NCBI GenBank assembly: GCA_002719295.1
Contig: PBHC01000005.1
Location: 1 to 64,000 of the forward strand
Origin: Chloroflexota bacterium
Lineage (GTDB): Bacteria; Chloroflexota; Dehalococcoidia; Lucifugimonadales; Lucifugimonadaceae
DNA length: 64,000 nucleotides
Direction of reading: 5' to 3'
The notes below the pieces were generated by a model, which worked only from the letters and a program-made list of their open reading frames with translations, did not search any database and was not told where the DNA came from. The translations under genes were made by a program, and so were the position numbers. Shown here piece by piece: positions 31,485-40,788 of the stretch (position 1 is the stretch's first letter; the number at the start of each line of letters is the position of its first letter).

Positions 31485-32196
31485 TGATTAAAATTTCATA
31501 AAGTTGAATTAAGTTTGAAATTCTAATCATATTTTTTTCTTCTTTTATTTCATTATATACTGATCGATCTATTAGAAATGGTATCATTCCAACTGAACTA
31601 GAACCTAAAACATCATCATACTCTTTATCCCCAACATACCAACAATCTTTAGGGTCTAAATTATTTTCCTTTATGAATTTCAAAAAAATTCTTGGATCAG
31701 GTTTATATAATTTTGCAGATTCAGATGACAATATATAATCAAAATCAAATTCTATTTTACTTAAAACAGGATTTAAAAAATCATTATCTGCATTTGAAAT
31801 TACTCCTAATTTGCAATGATTAGAAAGTTTATTTAAGTAATCAGAACTATCTTTATATGGTTTATTTTTTCCCATATTAATTACGCATTTATTTGCTAAA
31901 ATCTTAGGGTCGCCTTTAAGCTTTAGTCTAGATAATACTTTTTCAAAACAATCTGCCCATGCTTCTTCATAGGTTTTAAAATCTGGATTTAGATTTAAAT
32001 CCTCTAGGTTTGTTCTGACTTTTCTAAATAATACTTCATCACTTTTCCAAGTATCCCAAAGTATTTTAGGATCTACATTCCAATCATTCTCTTTAACAAA
32101 AAGCTTAAATAAATCTATCCAGCTTGTTCTATCGTTTTCAACAATTGTTTCAAAGCAATCAAATATAATTATTGATGGAGTATCTTTTTTTATCAT
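31477..32196 (-). CDS. HAD-superfamily hydrolase
   Basis: FDCFETIV (motif I variant), [16 protein letters not shown]...DV. Confidence 0.85.
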   Translation of the reverse strand: MIKKDTPSIIIFDCFETIVENDRTSWIDLFKLFVKENDWNVDPKILWDTWKSDEVLFRKVRTNLEDLNLNPDFKTYEEAWADCFEKVLSRLKLKGDPKILANKCVINMGKNKPYKDSSDYLNKLSNHCKLGVISNADNDFLNPVLSKIEFDFDYILSSESAKLYKPDPRIFLKFIKENNLDPKDCWYVGDKEYDDVLGSSSVGMIPFLIDRSVYNEIKEEKNMIRISNLIQLYEILINE

Positions 32197-32948
32197 AATC
32201 TCACCTGAATTTTATTATTATTTAGAAAATCTTTTGCTTGTTTTATAGAAAATTCTCCATAATGAAAAATACTTGCTGCTAAAACAGCATCCGCATTTCC
32301 AACAGATAAAGCTTCAACTAAATGTTCTAATTTACCTGCTCCTCCGGAAGCAATTAAAGGGATTGAAATTTTTTCATTGATTTTAGATAAAAGCTCTAAA
32401 TCATATCCATCATAAGATCCATCTCTATCCATGCTGGTTAATAATACTTCTCCAGCCCCATTTTCTTCTACAATTTGTACCCATTCCATTACATCTATAT
32501 CCGTAATATTTCTTCCTCCATGTGTAAAAACAATCCATTTATCACCTATTTTTTTTACATCTATAGCACTAACTACACACTGAGATCCAAATTCATTAGA
32601 ACATTCTGTAATTAATTTTGGATTACTTATAGCTGATGAATTAATGGAAACCTTATCAGCGCCAGCCTCTAGCATTATTTTCATATCTTTTATTGCTCTT
32701 ATCCCTCCACCAACAGTAAGAGGTATAAAAACTTGAGAAGAAACTTTTCTTACAACATCTATAAGTGTTTTTCTATCTTCGTGTGTTGCAGTTATATCAA
32801 GAAATACTAGCTCATCCGCACCTTCTTTATTATAAAATTCTGCTAATTCTGAAGGATCACCTGCATCTCTTATATTAACAAAATTTGTTCCTTTTACAAC
32901 TCTCCCACCATCTATATCCAAACAAGGTATTATTCTTTTACTTAGCAT
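32193..32948 (-). CDS. hisF: Imidazole glycerol phosphate synthase cyclase subunit
   Basis: [38 protein letters not shown]. Confidence 0.97.
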   Translation of the reverse strand: MLSKRIIPCLDIDGGRVVKGTNFVNIRDAGDPSELAEFYNKEGADELVFLDITATHEDRKTLIDVVRKVSSQVFIPLTVGGGIRAIKDMKIMLEAGADKVSINSSAISNPKLITECSNEFGSQCVVSAIDVKKIGDKWIVFTHGGRNITDIDVMEWVQIVEENGAGEVLLTSMDRDGSYDGYDLELLSKINEKISIPLIASGGAGKLEHLVEALSVGNADAVLAASIFHYGEFSIKQAKDFLNNNKIQVRL

Positions 32949-32954
32949 AGTTTT

Positions 32955-33662
32955 TTATTGATTTAGTAGCTTATTAAGGTCAATTTTACCAGTATAAATC
33001 GACATACCTAAAATGGCTCCATCAATTCCTAGGTTTTTTAATTTTGAAATATCATTTATATCTGAAATGCCTCCAGCTATATACAATTCTGATTCACAAA
33101 TTTTTCTTAAATCTGAAATATACTTAAAATTAGGGTGCGTTAAAGTCCCATCTTTTTCAATGTCAGTATAAATAAAGTTTTTACAACCGTTATCTTGCAA
33201 TTCAATTACAAGGTCTTTTACATCAATTCCTGCATCTTGCAACCAACCTTTTGTTTTCACTTTTCCATTTAATGCGTCAATACTTACAATTATCTGAGAA
33301 TTATATTTTTTTATTGCCTCTAATACGTCTGATTTATTTTCTAAAGCAGCAGTTCCAAAAATGATTTTACTTACTCCTAGGTTTAAAAAAGATTCAGCTT
33401 TTTCAAAAGTCCTAATTCCTCCTCCAACTTGAATCTTTAGGTTTGTGTTATTGATTATTTTTGTTATGTTATCTTTGACTGTAGAAATTCCATCTTTAGC
33501 ACCATCTAAGTCAATTATATGAACATATTTACTTCCAATATCTTCAAAATTTTTAGCGACTTTATATGGGTCCTCATTAAATACTACTTCGTTATCATAA
33601 TCACCTTTTATTAATCGGACACATTTGCCATTTCTGATATCAATTGCTGGAAATATTTTCAT
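32955..33662 (-). CDS. hisA: ProFAR isomerase
   Basis: FPAIDIRNGKCVRL, HIIDLDGA, QVGGGIR, TDIEKDGT. Confidence 0.95.
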   Translation of the reverse strand: MKIFPAIDIRNGKCVRLIKGDYDNEVVFNEDPYKVAKNFEDIGSKYVHIIDLDGAKDGISTVKDNITKIINNTNLKIQVGGGIRTFEKAESFLNLGVSKIIFGTAALENKSDVLEAIKKYNSQIIVSIDALNGKVKTKGWLQDAGIDVKDLVIELQDNGCKNFIYTDIEKDGTLTHPNFKYISDLRKICESELYIAGGISDINDISKLKNLGIDGAILGMSIYTGKIDLNKLLNQ

Positions 33663-33663
33663 T

Positions 33664-34296
33664 CTAATTCTTTCTTGTTAAATTGATAAAATTTTCATAA
33701 ATTTTTAAACCTCTATTTGAGCTTTTTTCTGGGTGAAATTGTACAGCATATAAATTATTTTTTTCAATAGAAGCTACTATTTCATTAGAATAGTTGGTTT
33801 TTCCTGAAATTATGTTTGGATCATTTGGTATACATTGAAATGAATGCACAAAGTAAAAATCACTTTTATTTTCAATATTTGAAAAAAGATTAGAATTTTT
33901 TGAATTTTCTACTTGATTCCATCCCATATGTGGGATTTTATATTTATTTTTTTTCTTATCAAACTCAGGGATTTTGATAACTTTACCTTCAATAATACCT
34001 AATCCTGGCAAGCTGCCTTCTTCAGAACTATCAAATAATATCTGCATACCAACGCATATGCATAAAATAGGCCTTCCTAGTCCATAAAATTCTAATATAG
34101 TTTCATCTAGTTTAGATTTATATATATTCTTTAAAACAGTGTCTGTGGAACTAACTCCCGGGATAATTAGTGCTTTACTTTTCAAAACCTGATCTCTTGA
34201 AGAAGTTATAACATTATCTCTCTCAAATAAATCTACTGCTTTTTTTACACTATGAAAATTTGCTGATTTTGTGTCAAGGATTGAAATATTTGGCAT
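33664..34296 (-). CDS. hisH: Imidazole glycerol phosphate synthase amidotransferase subunit
   Basis: IPGV, ICVGMQ, PHMGWN, YFVHS, QFHPEKS. Confidence 0.95.
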   Translation of the reverse strand: MPNISILDTKSANFHSVKKAVDLFERDNVITSSRDQVLKSKALIIPGVSSTDTVLKNIYKSKLDETILEFYGLGRPILCICVGMQILFDSSEEGSLPGLGIIEGKVIKIPEFDKKKNKYKIPHMGWNQVENSKNSNLFSNIENKSDFYFVHSFQCIPNDPNIISGKTNYSNEIVASIEKNNLYAVQFHPEKSSNRGLKIYENFINLTRKN

Positions 34297-34299
34297 TAA

Positions 34300-34860
34300 T
34301 TATTCCGTAGCTTTAATATATTCATTATCTTTGTCTATGTATCTTGCTAGTATAAAGAGTAAATCGCTTAGCCTATTTAGAAGAATAAGGTTTAATTCAT
34401 TATTGAGTAGATTATTTCCTTTAACTTTCACGCATAACCGTTCAGCTTTTCTACAAATTGTTCTTGAAATATCAATATAAGAGGAGGTTTGACTTGATCC
34501 AGGTAGAACAAAAAAATTAATTTCAGGTGTATTTTTTTGAAAATAATCTATACTGTCTTCAACTTCTTTGATCATATCTTCAGATATATATCGATACTTC
34601 TTTTTCATCTCAGCATATTTATTTTTAGGACAAGCAATTTCACTTGAAATAATAAATAATTTTCTTTGAATATCCAGTATTGAATTTTCGACTTCTTGTT
34701 GGTTTTTATCATTTAGAATTGCCTTTGCTACTCCTAAGTTGGACATACATTCGTCAATAGCACCATAGCATTCAACCCTGATATCATTTTTTGAAACCTT
34801 TTCACCAAAAAGTAAAAAAGTTTCTCCTTTATCACCATTTCTTGTATATAATTTAGCCAA
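34300..34860 (-). CDS. PduO-type ATP:cob(I)alamin adenosyltransferase
   Basis: LYTRNGDKGET, YGAIDE, FVLPG, RTICRKAER, LNRLSDLLF. Confidence 0.9.
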   Translation of the reverse strand: MAKLYTRNGDKGETFLLFGEKVSKNDIRVECYGAIDECMSNLGVAKAILNDKNQQEVENSILDIQRKLFIISSEIACPKNKYAEMKKKYRYISEDMIKEVEDSIDYFQKNTPEINFFVLPGSSQTSSYIDISRTICRKAERLCVKVKGNNLLNNELNLILLNRLSDLLFILARYIDKDNEYIKATE

Positions 34861-34960
34861 TTCTTTTATTTTTTATTAATTATTTATATAATAAATAGTA
34901 CATTTAAATTTCAAATAAATTATAAATTATTTATATATAAAAGCATTTCTTAAAAACAAA

Positions 34961-35308
34961 ATGGAAACAAACATACCAATCAATACAATAAAAATTTCTG
35001 AAAAAGCTTGTGAAAAAGTGAAGGAATTTGCCCATAATGAATCAAGAGATAAATTTGGATTGAAAGTTGCAGTTAAGGGTGGCGGTTGCTCTGGTTTGCA
35101 GTATGTTTTGGAAATTGTAGAAGGCCCTGATGATTCAGATAAAGTTATTTCTCAAAATGGCCTTGAAGTTTACATACCTAAAAAAGCATATGTTTACTTG
35201 GCTGGAACTTATTTAGATTATTCAGATGGATTAAATGGAAAGGGCTTTGAATTCAAGAATCCAAACGCAACATCTTCTTGTGGTTGTGGAGATTCTTTTT
35301 CTGTATAG
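34961..35308 (+). CDS. A-type Fe-S carrier (HesB/IscA/ErpA family)
   Basis: GGGCSG, NPNATSSCGCGDSF. Confidence 0.95.
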   Translation: METNIPINTIKISEKACEKVKEFAHNESRDKFGLKVAVKGGGCSGLQYVLEIVEGPDDSDKVISQNGLEVYIPKKAYVYLAGTYLDYSDGLNGKGFEFKNPNATSSCGCGDSFSV

Positions 35309-36133
35309 ATGAAATATATAAATATTGATAAGTATAATTCTTCAATTTTTATTGACCAAAATTATAATTCCTTTTCTATGATTGGTGATGATGCTATTTC
35401 TTTTTTAGATAGGATGTCTACAAATAATATTTTTAAAATCAATTCTTCCCGAACCGCTATTACAGATAACAAAGGTTCAATAATAGATATATTAACCTAT
35501 AAAGTGATTAATGAAAAAAAAATAATTTTTGTTTCAGACATCAAAACAGATAGGTCTATCGAATATATGAAAAAATATATAATTATTGATGATGTAGAGA
35601 TAAAACATAATGGTAATTTAAATAAGATTGTAATTTATTCTAAAAAATCAGAAAATTCTATAGATTTAGAAAACTTTAGTTTAATTAGTACGTATGAATA
35701 TAAAGAATTTATGAGATATGAACTGTTTTCATCTGATGATGAGTTTAAAAAATTTAATAAAACTGATTATAAACAGATATCAATTGACGAAAAAAATACC
35801 TTAGATATTCAAATGAGATATATAGGTATTAAAGAATCAATGATTAAGGCTAACCCTCTTGAGTTAGGACTTTTAGATATAATTTCTTTTGATAAGGGTT
35901 GCTATGTAGGACAAGAAGTTATTGCGAGACTTCATAACTATAAAAAAGTAAGTAGGGAACTGGTTCCTTTTTCTACAAAGTCTGAGTTGGAAATCAATTC
36001 AAAAATTATTATAGATTCAAAAAATATAGGTAATGTTTTAAGTATTCATAAGAAAGCTGATGGATTTTTAGGTCTTTCTTTAATTAAGAAAAGGTTTTCT
36101 TATTTACTAACTGAAGAAATTATAAAAATTTAG
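35309..36133 (+). CDS. YgfZ/GcvT-like folate-binding Fe-S maintenance protein
   Basis: KGCYVGQEVIARL signature; follows an A-type carrier. Confidence 0.85.
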   Translation: MKYINIDKYNSSIFIDQNYNSFSMIGDDAISFLDRMSTNNIFKINSSRTAITDNKGSIIDILTYKVINEKKIIFVSDIKTDRSIEYMKKYIIIDDVEIKHNGNLNKIVIYSKKSENSIDLENFSLISTYEYKEFMRYELFSSDDEFKKFNKTDYKQISIDEKNTLDIQMRYIGIKESMIKANPLELGLLDIISFDKGCYVGQEVIARLHNYKKVSRELVPFSTKSELEINSKIIIDSKNIGNVLSIHKKADGFLGLSLIKKRFSYLLTEEIIKI

Positions 36134-36882
36134 CTGAGTAATAAAGTATCTCCTCCATCAACTAATATATTTTGTCCTATTATCATTTCTGACTCTTCAT
36201 TACATAACATAACTGCAGCTTTGGCTATATGTTCTGTTAAAAGTTTTTTTTGAGTAGGATTTTTTCTTTCTAGTATTTTGCTTATATCAGATTGATTAGG
36301 AAAATGCTTTATGGCATCTGTTTCTAACATAGTTGCTGAAATAGAGTTTACTGTTATGTCTTTTTTTGCTAAATCAAAAGCCATGTATCTTGTGATGGAT
36401 TCTAATGCTGCTTTTGAAACCCCTATAGAAAAATAATTTTTTAGTACCTTAGAAGATCCTGGTGAAGATATATTAATTATTCTAGAATTTTTATTCATAA
36501 TATCTGATAGGTTTTTTGATAAGATCCATGGCCCTTTTGCATTTATTTGCATTGTCCAATCCCAATGTTTTTCAGTAGTTTCTAATGAATTTTTCATTAC
36601 TCCTGATGCTGCATTATTTATTAAGAAATCAAGTTTAATATTTAATTTTTTTATTTCATTACTAAATCTGTTGATATCCTCATTAGAGTTTAGATTTAGC
36701 TTTTTAGATATAACATCTACACCAAATTTTTCTAGTTCTTTTATTGATTTTTTAGCTTCAGTAGAGCTTCTTACATACGTAAAAATGATATTAGCGCCTC
36801 TTTTTGCGAACTCATAACATATTTTTTTCCCTAATCCTCTAGAGCCACCTGTCAGAAGTAAGGTTTTATTTTTAAAAATCAT
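36130..36882 (-). CDS. SDR, FabL-like enoyl-ACP reductase
   Basis: TGGSRGLG, NNAASGV, HWDWTMQINA, Y..IGVSKAALESITRY resemble Bacillus FabL. Confidence 0.75.
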   Translation of the reverse strand: MIFKNKTLLLTGGSRGLGKKICYEFAKRGANIIFTYVRSSTEAKKSIKELEKFGVDVISKKLNLNSNEDINRFSNEIKKLNIKLDFLINNAASGVMKNSLETTEKHWDWTMQINAKGPWILSKNLSDIMNKNSRIINISSPGSSKVLKNYFSIGVSKAALESITRYMAFDLAKKDITVNSISATMLETDAIKHFPNQSDISKILERKNPTQKKLLTEHIAKAAVMLCNEESEMIIGQNILVDGGDTLLLS

Positions 36883-37622
36883 ATTGCCATTCCACCATCT
36901 ACTCTAATTATTTCTCCAGTGATATATCTTGCTTCTTCTTTGGATAAAAAAGCAGCTATAGGAGCAATCTCATCAGGTTCTCCAAATCTTTGCATTGGAA
37001 TCCATGACATAACTTCATTTTTAACTTTTTCTGAGAGTACATCTGTAGTTGCGGTTGAAACATATCCAGGAGCGATTACATTAACAGTGATATTTCTAGT
37101 TGCAACTTCCTTTGCAATTGATTTTGTGAAGGAATGTATACCTGCTTTTGATGCAGAATAATTTGATTGCCCTATATTTCCTCTTATTCCTACTACAGAA
37201 GAAATATTTATTACTCTTCCCCATCTATTTTTTATCATGTTGTTTATACATAATTTTGTGCAATAAAAAGTTCCTTTAAGATTGGTATCTATTACTCTAT
37301 CAAAGTCTTCTAGCTTCATTCTCATTAGTAAAGAGTCCGATATAATACCAGCATTGTTATATAAAATTTCAATGTTTCCTAACTTTTGTTCTACAGCCTT
37401 TATCATATCTTCTACTTCATTTATTTTTGATACATTTCCTTTGACTATAATTCCTTCAGATCCTAGTGATTCAATTTCTTTGAGGACGTTTTCAGCATCT
37501 TCTTTATGAGAGTTGTAGTTTATTGCTACTTTATGTCCAGATTCAGCTAGTCTTAGTGCAATTGCTCTTCCAATGCCTCTTGATGCACCTGTTATTAATG
37601 CCACTCTTGGTATATCTTCCAT
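36879..37622 (-). CDS. fabG: 3-oxoacyl-ACP reductase
   Basis: TGASRGIG, NNAGI, GN.GQSNYSASKAG, VDGGM; next to plsX. Confidence 0.88.
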   Translation of the reverse strand: MEDIPRVALITGASRGIGRAIALRLAESGHKVAINYNSHKEDAENVLKEIESLGSEGIIVKGNVSKINEVEDMIKAVEQKLGNIEILYNNAGIISDSLLMRMKLEDFDRVIDTNLKGTFYCTKLCINNMIKNRWGRVINISSVVGIRGNIGQSNYSASKAGIHSFTKSIAKEVATRNITVNVIAPGYVSTATTDVLSEKVKNEVMSWIPMQRFGEPDEIAPIAAFLSKEEARYITGEIIRVDGGMAI

Positions 37623-37625
37623 AAC

Positions 37626-38624
37626 TTAATCCTTAATTTCTGATCTAATTTTTTTAATTGCTTTTTGTTGTTTTTCAACCCAATCATTTTCTATAGTTAG
37701 CTTTGCAGTATTAATTGCGTTTACTATTGTTGAAACTTTTGATGATCCATGACCTATGATTGCAATTCCATTTATTCCAAAAATTGGGCCCCCTCCATAT
37801 GATTCGGATAAGACATTTGTTTTATTTAATATTTCATCTGATATTTCCTTATTTCCAGTTTTATCTAAAATTTCTTTAGAAATTTTTCTTCCTAAGCTTT
37901 CTGTAGTTTTTAAAAGAATATTTCCAACAAATCCATCGCATATAACTACATCTACTTTTTGTTCAAAGAGATCTTCTGGTTCTATGTTTCCAACAAAATT
38001 CAATGAACTTTTTGATAGTAATTGAAACGTTTCTTTGACTAGTAAATTTCCTTTTCCTTCTTCTGAGCCTACTGACAATAAAGCAATTTTTGGGTTTTCT
38101 TTATTGAACATCAATTGTGATACTTGATCACCTATTGCAGCAAAATCTGCTAATTGGGGAGCCTTTGTGTCAACATTTGATCCTAAATCTAAAAGAACCA
38201 TTTCAGGTGAATAACCAATAATTGGACCACCTATAGAACCTCTTTCGATTCCTTCCATAGTTCCAAATAAAATAGAAGCTGCTGCCAATGTTGCACCAGA
38301 AGATCCCATGCTTACAACTCCATCTGCATAGCCTTTTTTTACTAAACCTGCGGAAATAAAGATCGATGCTTTAGGTTTATTTCTGTATGCACTTACAGGA
38401 CTTTCTCCCTCATTAACTACACCTTCAGATGGAATCACTTTCATTTTTTCTGTTATTTCTTTTGGAAATTTAGAAAGTTCCTTCCCAACTTCGTCAGGAT
38501 CACCCACTAAAATTACTTTTATTCCAAAATCTTTTATAGCACTTATTGCTGCTGGTACAGTTACTTGCGGGCCATAATCTCCACCCATAGCATCTAATGC
38601 AATAACTCCTTCAAATTTCTCCAT
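37626..38624 (-). CDS. plsX: Phosphate acyltransferase
   Basis: IALDAMGGD, LDLGSN, GSEEGKG, CDGFVGN, GHGSS. Confidence 0.93.
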   Translation of the reverse strand: MEKFEGVIALDAMGGDYGPQVTVPAAISAIKDFGIKVILVGDPDEVGKELSKFPKEITEKMKVIPSEGVVNEGESPVSAYRNKPKASIFISAGLVKKGYADGVVSMGSSGATLAAASILFGTMEGIERGSIGGPIIGYSPEMVLLDLGSNVDTKAPQLADFAAIGDQVSQLMFNKENPKIALLSVGSEEGKGNLLVKETFQLLSKSSLNFVGNIEPEDLFEQKVDVVICDGFVGNILLKTTESLGRKISKEILDKTGNKEISDEILNKTNVLSESYGGGPIFGINGIAIIGHGSSKVSTIVNAINTAKLTIENDWVEKQQKAIKKIRSEIKD

Positions 38625-38635
38625 GTTTTAATCTC

Positions 38636-39004
38636 CTATTTGAATAACAATGAAGCAGAAACAGCTTCATCACCATTATCTTTTTTACAAATAATATTAA
38701 TTTTTTCATTCGATTTTTCTTCTAAGTAAATTTTTATCTTTTCTTCAGAATATACCGGATTTTTTAATCTTGCTTCAAAAATAGTGTTTTGAAGCATTTT
38801 TTCCGAATAAACTTCATATAAATGCTCCATAATCAATGATAAAGTAAGCATCCCATGAGCTATCCTAGACTTGAATATTGACTTTGATGCAAATTCTTCA
38901 TCAATATGTATGGGATTAAAATCCTTTGATGCTTTTGCATAATCGTCAATCATTTGCTGAGTTATTTTTATTTCTAAATAATCTGAAATTTTATTCTCCT
39001 TCAT
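38636..39004 (-). CDS. MaoC-like hotdog dehydratase (HadB-like, catalytic)
   Basis: YAKASKDFNPIH.D hydratase-2 motif, IAHGML. Confidence 0.85.
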   Translation of the reverse strand: MKENKISDYLEIKITQQMIDDYAKASKDFNPIHIDEEFASKSIFKSRIAHGMLTLSLIMEHLYEVYSEKMLQNTIFEARLKNPVYSEEKIKIYLEEKSNEKINIICKKDNGDEAVSASLLFK

Positions 39005-39374
39005 CTGTTATTAAGATTGTACTTATTGATTCTCCTAATTTATTTTTGGACTCATCAGAATAAGTAATCTTAATTTTTATAAAAATATTATTTCTTCTTT
39101 CTGTTTTAGATTCTATTTTAGGAATAGCATATATTTTTTGATTTTCATTAAACTGGTGTTCCCAATGAATTGATTGATTTAAATGGATAGCCCCTTCTTC
39201 TAGTTCCACATCAGCTAGGAGTTTTCCAAAAGACATAGAAACTATTGCAAATGGAGTATGACTATTTATGTCTCTATTAGTTACAGCTTTAGAGTATAGA
39301 CTTGATATTTTTTTATCTAGCAAAATTTCGTATGGTCCAAATTTATGCCCAGATTCAAAAGAATTAAAACCCAT
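38991..39374 (-). CDS. MaoC-like non-catalytic hotdog partner (HadA-like)
   Basis: GAIHLNQSI segment typical of MaoC_dehydrat_N; overlaps the MaoC gene. Confidence 0.6.
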   Translation of the reverse strand: MGFNSFESGHKFGPYEILLDKKISSLYSKAVTNRDINSHTPFAIVSMSFGKLLADVELEEGAIHLNQSIHWEHQFNENQKIYAIPKIESKTERRNNIFIKIKITYSDESKNKLGESISTILITDEGE

Positions 39375-39950
39375 TTATTTTTTTTCCTCTTCTAAAAGTC
39401 TAGAAATATATTTATCCAAAGATTTCATATCTAATGGTCCGTTTATTTTAAATGCAAAGCTTCCATCGCTTTTTACAAAAAATTTTTCTGGAACAGCTAT
39501 TACTCCAAAGTTTACGGCAGTGAATCCCTCTTTATCAATCAATATTTCATACTGAATATCATTATTTTGAATAAAATTCTCAATACTATTTTTGTCATCC
39601 CATATTGCAATGCCTACAAATTCTACTCCTCTAAAATTCCATTCCTTGTATCCATCAGCTAAAACTCCAGCCTCTTTGATGCATGGTCCACACCATGATG
39701 ACCAAAAGTCTATTACAACAGGTTTCCCTTTGAAATCTTCTAAATTTACTGTCTCTCCTTTTAAGTTTTTTAATGCAAATTTTGTTCCTTCGGGTGCAGA
39801 GATTCCAACTTCTCCCATAATAGTATTTACCCCTCTGTTTATTTTTGGAGCTTTTTCGCTTAAAGTTCCAAGAATCAAAAATACAAAAAACAATAAGAAA
39901 AATAAAATAGTTATTGATATTGAGATGTTTCTAATATTTAGTTTATACAT
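39375..39950 (-). CDS. TlpA/ResA/CcmG thiol-disulfide oxidoreductase
   Basis: N-terminal TM; DFWSSWCGPC; VPEKFF. Confidence 0.9.
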   Translation of the reverse strand: MYKLNIRNISISITILFFLLFFVFLILGTLSEKAPKINRGVNTIMGEVGISAPEGTKFALKNLKGETVNLEDFKGKPVVIDFWSSWCGPCIKEAGVLADGYKEWNFRGVEFVGIAIWDDKNSIENFIQNNDIQYEILIDKEGFTAVNFGVIAVPEKFFVKSDGSFAFKINGPLDMKSLDKYISRLLEEEKK

Positions 39951-40704
39951 TTTTATTTCTTTTATTTTTTATATATCTGAGGCCAAAAAAAGCAACTATT
40001 ATATTCAACATAACTATTATTACAATTAAGTTAATTATTTGAAAATTTAAGGAATTCGAAAGTTTCTTTAAGAAACTAGATGGGATATTGACCATTTCAA
40101 GATTTAAGTATTCTCCATTTGAATATTTTTTACCTATGTATTCATCAAATTGTTTAGATGAAATTTGAATTTTTTTATCAAATGAAATTTTTTCTCCTTT
40201 TATTATTCCGGATCCTTCGGGAATAATAATTTTGAAAGATTCAGTACCGTGTGGAAAATGTAAAGGAAAATTAAATTGAGAAGATTTGTATTTTACATAA
40301 TAGCTAAAAATCAGATTAAAGTTTCCAGAAGGTATTTCTGAGGTAAGAGCAAATCCTTGAGGCATCTCTATTAAGTTTCCACTTGGTAAATCTGTCTCTA
40401 CATACAGATCATAAAAACCTTCAGGTAAGCTAAATCTTATAAAATTCATACCAGTCTTTGCGACTTCTGAAAAATTTGGAACAAAAGTATTCTGATTTTC
40501 ATTGGTAATTTTGACAGCTGTAATTATTGATAGAGACTGATCATTTTGGTCAACTGACAAAATAGACATATTATATTCACTTAATAGAATATCTTCTATT
40601 TTAACTTCAGATTCTGCGTTTAATAGATTACCTGAAGTAAAAAATATAAATAAAATTACATAAAGAATTGGAATTGAAATTTTACTTAATATTTTATTTT
40701 TCAT
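39943..40704 (-). CDS. Hypothetical exported/membrane protein in the ccm cluster
   Basis: 253-aa ORF with N-terminal signal/TM and C-terminal TM. Confidence 0.65.
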   Translation of the reverse strand: MKNKILSKISIPILYVILFIFFTSGNLLNAESEVKIEDILLSEYNMSILSVDQNDQSLSIITAVKITNENQNTFVPNFSEVAKTGMNFIRFSLPEGFYDLYVETDLPSGNLIEMPQGFALTSEIPSGNFNLIFSYYVKYKSSQFNFPLHFPHGTESFKIIIPEGSGIIKGEKISFDKKIQISSKQFDEYIGKKYSNGEYLNLEMVNIPSSFLKKLSNSLNFQIINLIVIIVMLNIIVAFFGLRYIKNKRNKNV

Positions 40705-40788
40705 TTTTATCTATAAATGGCTTTAATATTAAAACAGTAGATAGAATAGTTATGATTAAAAAAATTACTGAGAGTATTATTTCCATAA

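Noticed and set aside
34861..34960. Cobalamin riboswitch upstream of the adenosyltransferase
   Set aside because: Only about 100 bp of almost pure A/T with no B12-box or stable stems.
40705..40788. Imperfect inverted repeat (TATCTA...TTTAATATTAAA...TAGATA) between ccmF and the next gene
   Set aside because: A/T-rich pairing of this kind is expected by chance at this composition.
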